A DNA stretch of 64,000 bases from Octopus sinensis (Eukaryota), in the NCBI RefSeq assembly GCF_006345805.1, contig NC_043015.1:15686001-15750000 (forward strand), given 5' to 3'. The notes beneath the pieces were generated by a model. The model saw only the letters and a program-made list of their open reading frames with translations, was not told the DNA's origin and did no database searches. The first letter of the stretch is position 1; each line of letters begins with the position of its first letter. This document shows, one piece after another, positions 1-12,600 of this stretch. The position numbers and the translations under genes were made by a program.

Positions 1-208
1 GCACTGACATCTGAAACGTTAAGGTTCTGTCTTTCTCTACTGAAGCGTTTAACTAATTCCATATTTGTTGAATTGTGATTTTCTTGTACCGATCCTCTTA
101 ATTCCTATTGTCTTTAAACACAAACATTCACGCATGTACACACAGACACACACAAACAAACAAACGAACGAACAAACACAGGCACGCACACGCAAGCTCA
201 CACACAGA

Positions 209-362
209 GGCGTAGACCTGGCGGTGTAGTAAGAAGTTTTTGTTTCCCATCCAAATGGTTTCAGATTCAATCCCACTGCATGGCATCCTGAACATATGTC
301 TTCTGCTATAATCCCAGACTGGCCTTGTGAGTGGAATTTGTAGACAAAAACTGAAAGCCTGC
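209..362 (+). mobile_element. tRNA-derived SINE family 1, 5' part
   Basis: Same head/body as the longer copies (ttcaatcccactgc...ccttgtgagtggaatttgtagac...aactgaaag). Confidence 0.6.
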
Positions 363-1019
363 TATATATATATATATATATATATATACATACATAGCTG
401 TATGTATATACCCATATACTTGGATGTGCGTATGTAGTGGCATCGTCCGTTTTTCTGTCCTTGTTTCGTATACATTCGATCCTTTTCCCAAGAAATCTAA
501 TGCTCGTAGCTTAGTTTTTCCTTGGGGCTGGCCGGATCGGAGCGATCTCAAGATTAATCAGCCGAAATTGCGAGGATGATCCGGTTCTTGACTGAAGATT
601 AAAGGCTTCGAATGTCCCGTCCGTGTTTTTTGTATCGTCTTCTAAATGTTTTACGTTCTTGTCCCAGTTTGTATTTTTCTACATATAATGTGTATATACA
701 TATATATATATATGTATATGTGCATTTACATATGTATCTGTGTATGTATACGCGCGTCTAAGCATGAACACAAAAAAATTTCGTCTAAGTATCATTCTCC
801 TTCAACTTCTACATCCTTTTCTTTCTCTTAATAGTTACAACAACGAAGGCTCATTACGCTATTTTTCTAAACTAGAATGTATAAGTTTCACGTTCACATT
901 TGAATTTTTTGCGTTTCAATTTTTCTCTTCTTTTTACTCATTCTCGAAGTTCATGGACTTATAACGGTACATAAAACCGAATCAGAAAATCTCTAGTAAA
1001 GACTTTTTTTTTTATTGAT

Positions 1020-1061
1020 GTACCCGAAGAGACCCAGAACGGGTCGAAACATGTGTCGTAC
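1020..1061 (+). ncRNA. Degenerate minimal type-I hammerhead ribozyme motif, probably a Penelope-like terminal repeat remnant
   Basis: GTAC-CCGAAGA-GACCC(agaac)GGGTC-GAAA-CATGT-GTC-GTAC. Stems I and II and a GUC site are intact, but the core reads CCGAAGA instead of CUGANGA. Confidence 0.55.
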
Positions 1062-1267
1062 CTAATAAAACATTTTATTCATTACATCTATTTTATTAAT
1101 ACTATTATCCCAACCGCCACTACGAAGTTCCTGAAAAAAATTTACGGATAACAACTTACACTTGCGTGGCTTAAGCTTTGAGACAAGCATATGACTACTG
1201 TGACAGTGCTTTACTCATCATCTATTTATACATTTTGTATAATTTCTCCATTATCTCTATCTCTCTC

Positions 1268-1302
<35 letters not shown>

Positions 1303-1303
<1 letters not shown>

Positions 1304-1530
1304 CATCATCATCGTTTAACGTCCGCTTTCCATGCTAGCATGGGTTGACGATTTGACTGAGGTCAAGTGAACCAGATGGCTGCACCAGACTCCAGTCTGA
1401 TCTGGCAGAGTTTCTACAGCTGGATGCCCTTCTTAACGCCAACCACTCCGAGTGTGTAGTGGGTGCTTTTATGTGCCACCGGCACGAGGGCCAGTCAGGC
1501 GGTACTGGCAGCGGCCACACTCAAATGGTG
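1303..1530 (-). mobile_element. RTE-type retroposon 3' end with (GAT)n tail
   Basis: Minus strand ends ...ggaaagcggacgttaaacgatgatgatgatg; a short tandem-repeat tail is typical of RTE-clade elements. Confidence 0.55.
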
Positions 1531-1607
1531 CTTTTTATGTATGTATGTATGTATGTATGTATGCATGTACGTATGTATGATACATCTATATATATATATA
1601 TATATAT

Positions 1608-1651
<44 letters not shown>

Positions 1652-1789
1652 TACATATATACATACATGTGTATATACATATATATATATACACACATAC
1701 ATACATATACACATGCACATATATATATATATATATATGTATCTACGTATGTATGTATGCATGTGTGCATGTATATATGTAAAACTCTT

Positions 1790-2300
1790 GGGTCACGTGT
1801 GTCTCAAGTTTTTGGACCAAACATTTCTTGCCAGATCGCTCCCTCGTAGTGTCTCAGAGTTTGATTTTACTTCCAACACCCACTTTCGTTTTAACATTGT
1901 TGACTTTGTATTGTCATTTCTAACAACACACACTCCTGTACATTTGATACGGTCTTACTTAACCTTTTAAAGACAAACACGAACAATATACAGCCTAAAG
2001 CTCACCCTAACAGGCTGTTACAACCTTGTGTTCTTATCAAAACACAAATCTCAACCATTGCACATATTTAGGAAATATTCTGACATCACTACACACCCTT
2101 CCTCATGACAGCTAAGACTGTCATGGTAGGCGTTACTGTCTCTGTTGTTCTTTCATAGCAACCACGCACATATACAATATATAGCTAATACTACATCATC
2201 TCTACAAAGCTTTTTGTATGACGCACATTAGATTTCTGTTTATATAACTGAACTGTACTGATGATACATACACAACATCCTAGAAAACACCCTATTAACA
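1790..2300 (+). mobile_element. Possible heavily decayed Helitron helicase C-terminal remnant
   Basis: Weak resemblance to the FAMTINKSQGQ / FSHGQLY region across stops and frameshifts. Confidence 0.3.
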
Positions 2301-4104
2301 GGCCAATTGACTGATTGTCTGAGATGCATTCATCAACGCATTACAATCATTGGTTCACAGCCATGTTGTGCTTTTTTTTGTCTGTCTTCTATCACTTTTT
2401 ACTCTTTTAAATTTATGAGCAATGCACCACCTCTGCCAATTGTTTTTGCTTCTCCTTCATTCACCATCCCTATCAGAGAGGAAAGGGAGATCGTTCCCAA
2501 ACTCAGAACTAAACCTTTTCCCAATACTTCCTACCTAAAACTATTCTCTTTAACATCTTCCACACACACACACAACTTATGTAATTAAAGCTGGTCATCA
2601 ATGACATTAATCCTGCTTGTCTGGGAGAGTTTCAAAAGGTCATTGTCTCCTCCTCCTCCCCCTCATCCTCCAGCTTCATGCAAAATGTATGAAATGATAG
2701 ATTATTATGATAAAGTAAATTAGTGAAGAAAATTTAATAAGCAAGGTTTGGAAATACAAGTACTTACAAAGACTTCATACAAAAATAAGGATGTACATTT
2801 TATAATATCATTCTATGATTTGTCCTTAATATGTTTAAATATAACTTAATAGACAAAAAAAATAATTAATTTAGACAAGATTGATTACAGAAAGCATTTA
2901 AATGCAGTAAAAATAACATTTTATTGAGCATGAATTTTCTTAGTTATTCAGTTAATGATATATAAACCAGAAATGATAGTTCAGTGGACAATGGATGTTC
3001 AAGAAAGGGCAAAAATGAAGATTAATATGTAAACTACCAATTTCCAAACTGGAACGAGTCTTTTAGGAAGACCTTGACCTGTTTGGCACATTAACAATTT
3101 TGTTACCATATTACTGTCAAAAAATTCTGCCTTTGCTTCAATTAATTATCAAATTAATGGAAGAATTTGTTAAAATAAGGTTGTCATTTTTAAGATGGTG
3201 TTTGGAACATAAATTGACATGATATCTTCATGGAAGGTTTTAGTTTCGCTCATTTTAAAACTTGAAATTTGTAACATAAGACAAATGGCAGTCTCAGGAG
3301 TTTTGGTATCAAAAGAATTAATGTTACAAGTAGGAGACAAAAGAAGTTTCATTCTAATTAGATCACACAAGTAACAAGACCTGATATCTCTAATTCTTTA
3401 TAAATCAAGTTCAGTAAGTAACACAATATGAAGATATTATGTCCAGCTTGCTAACCAATTACAAAGTGTAGCATGATCAAACTATCAAAATTTTCATGCA
3501 ACTCTTCTTTCTTTTTGTTTTCAGGTCAGGTGTGGAGGTATGAACCATTGAAGAACATCACTTCATTCACCGTTTTTGGTATTTACTTGGGTCATCCTAG
3601 GCAACCTTTCAAGCTGTGTCCTAGTCTGTTCCCATCTCTGTGAGACACTTCCTCATCCTCAGTGTCCATGTGGCATGTTGCATGAGATGTCACCCCCACT
3701 GGCATCCTCAGAGAAAATTATTAATCAATATTTCATTTATCCAAAGTATTTATATCTAACAGTGTTAATTGCTTCATATTTCCTAAACAGTATTATCCCC
3801 AGTAAGAAAATACAAATCTTCTTGCAGAAGGATTAGTACCTCAAACTTTTATGTCTATAACAGTGAGCTCCACTCCTCTACACAAAAATTTGCAACTGGT
3901 TACAATGTGAAATACAAGTTTTTTTGCAAGGTGCAAATTTGTGTACGTGAGCACAGCATTGATCCTTTGTACACAAGACCAAATTTTTATTGGCTTTTAC
4001 TGATTTCTATTTTAGTTTAAGTTTTAAATCTAACATACCATATAAGGCAAATCAGGAGTACATGTAAGTATCAGAGAAATTATATGAAATCATTCTGATA
4101 TTCT

Positions 4105-4474
4105 CTTTTACTCATTTCAGTCATTTGACTGCAGCCATGCTGGAGCACCTCCTTTAGTCAAACAAATCAGCCCAGGACTTATTTTTTGTAAGCCTAGTAC
4201 TTGTTCTATCGGTCTCTTTTGTCTAACTGCTAAGTTACAGGGATGTAAACACACCAACATCGGTTGTCAAGTGATGGTGGAGGACAAACACAGATACACA
4301 AGCAAACATGTCATGGGCTTCTTCCAGTTTCTGTCTACCAAATCCACTCACAAGGCTTTGGTTGGTCTGAGGTTGTAGTAGAAGACACTTGCCCTAGGTG
4401 CCACGCAGTAAGGACTGAACCTGGAACCATGTGGTTGGGAAGCAAACTTCTTACCACACAGCCATATTTGCACC
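4105..4474 (-). mobile_element. tRNA-derived SINE family 1
   Basis: Reverse complement of the copies at 5450, 6481, 42341 and 63155; tail ...gactgaaatgagtaaaaga. Confidence 0.85.
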
Positions 4475-4682
4475 TGTATGTTACATAATTAAACTTTACA
4501 ACTGTTTAGTAAGATTGAACTATTATTTTCTCTTTCCTTAATTTAATTAGAAGATTATAATTATTTATTGTGATATATTTAAAACGATATAAACCACTAC
4601 ACCTAATAATTTAAACTATTATACATAGCAAAAGTAGTAAAAGAGAAAAAGAAAGCTTTATGCACAATGAAAAGCAACTTAC

Positions 4683-4922
4683 AACTTGTATCCTTTCCTT
4701 ATTTCCTTTTTTGAATGGTTTAAAGGGTTTATTTCCTGTTGGTGTTACTACAAACATTGATGGACATTCTTCCAGGAAATCAGGTTTTAAGCCGTTGTCT
4801 GATATAGAGCCCACTGCTACAGTTTCTATACTACCAACATAACCATCAGCATTGCAATCATCATATCTGGCACCACCATTACCTGTAGACCATATATAGA
4901 TTGATCCAAGTCCATTACGACC
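4683..4922 (-). CDS. Convertase exon with oxyanion Asn (WSTGNGG) and CNADGY, 240 nt, phase 0-0
   Basis: Acceptor tttcag, donor gtaagt; [17 protein letters not shown]...DDCNADGY...EECPS. Confidence 0.93.
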
Positions 4923-6649
4923 CTGAAATCAAGATAATAACATTCACTCAAAGATAATGATATTTCAGATCATTAATTTACTTTTTAGATAAAAAGCATG
5001 TTTACAATATTTACATCTACAATCTGTTTTGATGATCATCATATATTTTACTCTTGGTTGAGTATATATAACTTGACTGGACTGGAATTAGGAACTTTTA
5101 TATGTTGGGATGAGTATTTTTCAGATCATTTGTTTTTTGTATAAAAGGTCAGAAGCAGGAATCAGAACACCAGTGTATTAAAAAAAAACAACAAAAAAAC
5201 CAACAGCCACTAAAATCTATTAAAATCAGGAAATTCATTATGCATACATTTCTAAAAAAAAAAGGGACACAAAACTGTCAAATGTCTAAAACATCAGCCA
5301 AGATATTTCTGGAATAAAGAAGAAGAAGAAGAAGAAGTAATGAGTCATGAAAAAATGTATTCTTGAATAACAAATACCATATTCATCATAGGGCAAATTA
5401 AACTACCTTATTGCAAGATTTACTTGAGTAAATTCAAAATGTCTATAATGCATAGCTACGTGGTTAGAAGCTTACATCCCAACTGCATTGTTCCGGATTC
5501 AGTGCCACTATGTGGGCCCTCAGGTAAGTGTCTTTTATTATAGCCTTGGGCCAACCAAAACCTTGTGATTGGATTTGGTTGATGGAAACTGAAAAAAGCC
5601 CATCATATATATGCACACATATGCGCATGTGTGTGTGTATTTGTGTTTGTCTCCCACCATCACATGGCAACTGGTGTTGGTGTGTTTACGTCCCTGTAAC
5701 TTAGTGGTTTGGCAAAAATGAGACCGGAAGAGTAAGTACTAAGCTTACAAAGAATAAGTCCTGGGTTCGATTTCTTTGACTAAAACCCTTCATGGTGGTG
5801 CTCCAGTATGGCCACAGACAAATGACTGAAACAAGTAAAAGGGTAAAAGAGTAACACAAAGAGCTGTGTTTAAAAGTAACACCACACTCTGCATATTCCT
5901 CACCAAAATAAAATCTTCCCATGAGTGGCTAGAACAGAAGAATTGCCTCTATAATATCCACTATTTTCAAAAGTTCTTATAAAGGAAAGGTTAGTAAGCC
6001 CTTCTATGTCAGAACAGAACAGAACAAAACAAAAAAAAAAAAACTCCTAAATGGATATACATCAATGTCAGAAATGGCTAAACATGCACAGTGCAAAAAA
6101 AAAAAAAGACTATAGAATAAAATTTCCATAATTGCCAGAGAACTACAGTGAAAACAAAGAAATCAAAGAAGCAGTATTTAATATACAGTAGGTCCAGTAC
6201 TGACATCAAGGTTTAGTGAAAAGTACATTTGAATAACCCAAAGTTGTAGCATTAATTGTATGCACATCAGTGACATGGTGAATAAGAGCATTATTACTTT
6301 TAGTTTAGAAATAAAGCTACTCGGTTGACATCTCATCTGGCATCACATACACAACCAGGAATAAGACACTTGAAATTAAGATAGTAAAGGAATGTTTCAT
6401 CTATAAAGATATGGTTCTCATTTTAAGCTTAAACAGTTCTGAGAATATTTTCTTGATGAATTACAAAAAAAAAAAAATTGGTGGAGGCCTGAATGTGTGA
6501 TAAGAAGCTTCCTTTCCAACCACATGGTTCCCAGTTCAGTCCCACTGTATAGTACCTAGGGCAAATATCTTCTACTCTAGACTCGGGCCAGCCAAAGCCA
6601 TGTGAGTGGATTTGGTAGATGGAAACTGAAAGAAACCCATCATATATAT

Positions 6650-6691
<42 letters not shown>

Positions 6692-9600
6692 GCATGTATG
6701 TATGTATGTATGTATGTATGTATATATCTATGTGTGTGTCTTTGTGTGTGTTTGTTTCCCCCTCCCCATTCACCATTTGACAACCAGTGTTGGTGTTTTT
6801 ACATCTCTTAGTGGTTTGGCAAAAGAGATTGATAGAATAAGTACTAGGCTTAAGAAATAAGTCCTGGTGTCAATTTGTTTGACTAAAACCCTTCAAGTCA
6901 GTGCTCCAGCATGGCAACAGTCAAATGACTGAAACAAGTAAAAGAGTAAAAATAAATAAAAGTAAGTAATTGTTATAAAAATTTCTTCTCTTCCAACACT
7001 AAAAAGACCAGACGGAGAATGGAAGACAATACAGTGTTCCTGATTACACTTAGCAGTAATCGACTGAATTAAAGTTTGATGTTAAAGTTGGTTTAATGGG
7101 TTAGCATTCAATCTAAATCCAGACAAGCAGGGGAATAACCATAAACTCAATAATGTGTATTAAAATTTGCTATAATTGTTGGAATGGTATGTGATTAAGG
7201 GTACATTTATCTTTTTTATTTGTTTCAGCCACTGGACTGTGGCCATGCTGGGGCAACACCTTGAAGAGTTTTAGTTAAATCAGTCCCAGCACATATTTTT
7301 CAAAATCTGGTACTTATCTTGTTGGTCTTGTTTACTGAACTGCTAAGTTATGGGGACATAAACAAACCAACACAGGTTGTCAAGCAGTGGGTGTGGGGAA
7401 ACACACACACACGACAAGCTTTAGCAGAATTTCTGCCTACTGAATTCACTCTCTAGACATAGGTCAGCCTAGGGCTATAATGAAAAACAACTGTCCAGGG
7501 TGCTGTGCAGTGAGACTGAACCTGACACACATGAACTTCTTCATTTCATTATATTGGCCATAAGGCCTTACATAGAGAAACGAAGGAAGCTGCGGGCTGG
7601 ACATAGACATAATGTTATATGAAATGAAAATGAAAATGATGATTAATAGGGGAAAAAACGACGCCCACTGATCGATTTTTTCCCAAGTACATTGATCTCT
7701 TGTATATTGTTCATGAGGCAATAAACCTCTACACTGTTTGCAACATTTAATAACAAAAGGAACTTTCAATAACACTGAGGCTTTTCAACCTCTTATCCAT
7801 ATTCCTCCTCAACATCGCTTGTGTCCATATCCTCCACCATCCCCCACACCTCATTCAAGATCAAAGCAGGTGCCGTGTCGGCGTCGCATGGGTACAAGTG
7901 ATATTTCTTGGGATATCTAATTCTACCATCGGCGGCGCAGTTCTCATCAATGGTGTCTCTTCCCCTGCCGGTGGCACAACCCCAACTGACATAGTTCTGG
8001 AACATTCCGGTACTATGTCACCGACTGCCGGCAATGTCCCGTTTCTTTTCCACTTCCTCTTATTTTTCCTTTCAACTGAGGGAGGGTGCATCTCCTCCAT
8101 GACCGGGAGATTCGCCTCCCCTTCCTCATCCCTAGGATCCTTCAGTAAGAACCCATTATTGTTCACCTTCTTCCTCTTGCAGCCCCTCTTTGAGGAGTCC
8201 TCTTCTACAGAGGTCTAACTCAACTGCTCCAGGACCTTACTTTGTTCCCGGGGACAGTTTTTCCTTACATGAACTTCTTCACCACACAGCCATGCCTGTG
8301 CCTACCCAGCATCTCAACAAAACTTCTGACTTAATCCAATAGAAAATGCTGTTGAAGAAGATCAGGCTAAGCTTTTGAAGTGCAGTGACTACATTTGAAT
8401 TCACTAACATCAGTGAATCAATGAGAAGTGATAAAATTGTTCATTTCTTCCTTATAGGTAAAAATGAATTACAAGATGAAGTGATGATGTACCAAGCTCA
8501 AATGTTGGCAGATATCAAAATGTTTCTACTGAGAATAACACAAATCTATGTTTGGACAAGGATGATTTTTTTAACTGATAGCTTTGGTTCTATGTGAGCA
8601 AACAAAGACTCCCAACAATGTTTGAGAAGACTTGCTTCTGAATATTTTCAAAACATTTTCATATGTTAATATAGTGTTAACATATTAACATTATGTCAAT
8701 AATGTTAACATTATTAACATAATTAATGTTAATTTTGTTAACATTATTATGTTACATTAAATGTGTTATATTTATTACAACATACCATAATAAATATGCT
8801 ATACATATTTTATTATAATAAATATAACATATAATAAATGTTATATTATGCTATATTTACTATATAACATGATAAATATGTTATATCATGTAACAGAATA
8901 AATATGTTATAGGATATAACATATTTATTATGAAACTATATTTCTTGTTCTTTCCATTCCAGAGAATTAGATGTGGTACAAAAAATGGCAATGACCAGCT
9001 TCTAGGCTTGAGGTCTTCCTTGAGCCTACAAACTCATGAAGCCAGAGATAACTCAGATTTTCAAAGCATTTGGATGACTGAGAGCAAAAGATTTCTCTTG
9101 AATGAGACATTAGTCCATCACCAGGTTAGGCCTCAGATACCATTGGTTCCCCTTTTATACTCTTGAACAATATGAAATGAAGTGCTTTGTTCAAAGACAC
9201 ATGCCAGCCATCCTGAGAATTGAACACACAACCTAATGATTTTGAACCCAATAATCTATTTAGAGCCAATTAATATTATTATTAGAATTGTTCAGCTGAG
9301 GTCAACTTTGCCTTTCTTCCTTTTGGAGTCGATAACGTAAGTACCAGTTAAGCACTGGGGTCAATGTAATTGACTTACCCCCTCCTCCAAACTTGCTGAC
9401 CTTGTGCCAAAATTTGAAACCAATATTATTATTAGAATTACCCACCTGTTGAACACCCATTTGAAGAGCCAATTTTGTATATTTGCCTGGACCTTCCATT
9501 CTTATACCATCATCAACTGGACCCCAAGAGGCACTGTAAATGTCAATATAGTTTGGTTTAAATAACAGAGCTTCTGCCTCCAATAAGTCTGTGATAATAC

Positions 9601-12600
9601 CATCAAGCATCCGGATACCTGTATGAATAAAATGTTTAAACAGTTAATGTCATTTAGATTTTACTTTAGAAAATTAATTTTATTTTCATTTTCTTTGAAA
9701 GTTTATATTTTAATGTTATAGTTGACTAGTGTTATCGTCGATTACATTATTAGAGTGTGGCTGACCAGCTGATGGATGATGGATTGGTGGTTAAAATTCC
9801 TTTGATATCATTGTACTGTGATCTTGGAAAAATACTTAGCTCTCAATGACTGAGCCATAAATAAGTACCACAAAGAAGCAAAGATTACCATCGTAAAAAA
9901 AAAATAGAAACATTGCTCACCATCCACAGAGCCCTATGGATTTTCTAGACATGCAAGAGATAGAAGCTAAATCTTCTTGATATCATACACTGCTATCTGA
10001 AGAAGGAATGACATAACAGATGACATAGTTCTAGAAATACTAACTCTCCTGAAAGATGGGATGGTAATGGATGAAGCACTTCCAATCACAGATTAGCTTG
10101 ACCAGAGCTGATCTGGACTAAACAAAAATAATAATATAATTATTTATAAATACCATATGTGATGCATAAAAGATGTACTAGCACATTAGCTGCACCCCAA
10201 TTTTAGCTGCACATATTCAGGAAAAAATGTTTTCAGTGCATTAAAGTTTATGGGAAGTCCAATTTTGCATATAGGAACTGAGATTATTCTTTAAGATATT
10301 TTTTGAAAACATACTATCAAATATGGTACATAATGAAACAGCTTAGTCATTTCAGCAATTAGTCAATCAATCCATTTATTTTGACCTGTTATCATAGGAA
10401 TAGAAATCTAATCAAATTTATATTTTATGTTGTATGAGAAAACTTTTTAAACATTTAATGAGGTCAGAATCTATTTTCATGCATTGCAAACCGTAACATT
10501 TATAATAATGTTAAAGACTTATGGCAATGTCCTTGATTAGATTTTAACTTAAGCCTCTTTAAGGGTTAAATTAATATATATTTTGTCCTCATTGAATCAG
10601 CAATTTTAATGAATGGAAAATTGGTTTTTTCAAGGAAACTCTATACATTTGAACTAGATTTCCTAATACCTAAGTTGTAGCTCACATATTCTCCACCCTT
10701 CCTTAAAAGACCAGGGAAACAAAAATGTAAAACTCTTTGACCACGTGATAAAAAGAAAGTTAATTTCCTTTCTATTTCCGTTTTATTTGAAACCACTCGT
10801 ATTTGTCAAATGGTTTGCAGCTGTGAGTGTCATCAAAATCAAAGAAGCAGGAAAGGCAAGTGAGACATGACCCTACATAAACAGTGGGAGGGTCTCAAAG
10901 TTTGAGATATCAAAACTTCCGGAAGTATCAAGAACAAGGTCAGACTACTCGTTATGAATCATTTAGCAAATAGGATTTGTTAGGTTTCAAAGATAAAATT
11001 CTAAGCAAATTTTTACACTTAAAGAGTAGCATTTAAGTAAGAAGTTTTCTGTAAAATGGCCCCATTTAAACGCTTAAACATCTAAACGCAAAAATTGTTA
11101 TATAATATCATTAATATTTCACTGTGAATGAAATAGCTGAAGTTCCATAGTAAAGAGGATATAGGGAGGGAGCAAACAGGAGTGAACGGGTGGAAAATAA
11201 AATAAATGTATTGGTGAGGAATGAGCTGAAGTCTAAAGAGAGGAAGATTAGAAATAAAAGAAGAGAGGAAAGAAAGGTAGTGAATACAGTAGAAGGAAGA
11301 AGCAAAGAAAGTGTGTTGTGTGGGTGAGGAGAGGCAAGAGAATGTGGGTGTTGAAGAGGGGAAAAGATAAGGTATCTTTATAGCGAAAGGAAGAAGAATG
11401 GGATGCTATAGGGCAGAGGAAAGAGGGAGACTTTACAGTTGAGAGTAGAAGAATAGATAATGCAGTGAAAATAAGGGTAGAAGAGAATTTAGAGTTGGGG
11501 GTAGAGAAAAGGAGAGTGTATAGTTGATGGAAGATGAAGATTGTGGAGGGAGGAGGGTACAGATGATACAGTGGAGGATAGAGAAGATTCTACAGTAGAA
11601 AGACAAGGTACTGAAACTATATACAAGAGTGACATACTGTCCAACAGTTGTTAGTCTAATAATCATCATTCCCCAAATCCTTAATTCATCAATCATTAAT
11701 CTATCATTCATTCCATAAACCATTAGTTTAACATTCATCTGACAAACAATAGTTATTAGTTCACTGGTCAATAGTTAATTTGCATTCACCCAAAATCATT
11801 ATGTAACAGTCATTAGATAAATCCTATCCAGTCTAAAATCCTTGATGCAACACTCATTAGTTTAACAATCCCCAGGTGAACAATTAGTTTACAATTACCA
11901 AAAAAAAAAAAAAAATAAAAACCTATCATTAGTCCAAAGATAATTAGTTCAGCAATCATTAGTGCACAACCTATTATCTAATAATAATCATCCAACTAAC
12001 AGTCTTCAGTCCAACAAAACTCTAATTAACTAATCATTAGTCAACACTTACTAGTTCAACAATCATCAGACCAACAATCAGTAAATGCACAATCATTAGT
12101 CCAGTAAACAGCTGTCATTCAAGTATCAGTTCAATCATCATTGTTCCAACAATCATATGTTTAGCAATCATTAGTCCCACAATTATCACATCAACACTCA
12201 TTACTTGTGTAATCTAATACAAGGACGCTCATTAATTCAATAATTACTACATTGTTTATTCTAACAATAACTAGTTCAGTCATCTTTATTCAAATGATTA
12301 CCACTAATTTAACAATCATTGTTCCAATATGGATTAGATACCCAATCATTTATCCAACAATGATTAGTCTAGTAGCAGTTGGATTAATAAGACTACTCCA
12401 AAAATGTTAAGTTCAATGATCATCAGTCCAACAATCCTACAATCATCAGTTCAACAATCATCCATCGAACAACAATTAGTCAAACAAACATTAGTCCAAT
12501 AATCATGAGTCTAATAACCATTAGTCCAATAATCATAAGTAAAAAACAATAATCACTCCAACAATCATTTGTCAAAAGCAATAAACAGTCTAACAATCAT

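Noticed and set aside
1-4682. Expected next convertase exon (VTTD...GTS..AP, catalytic Ser)
   Set aside because: No GTS-A-like motif with splice sites found on the minus strand; it is presumably left of the window, so catalytic competence cannot be confirmed here.
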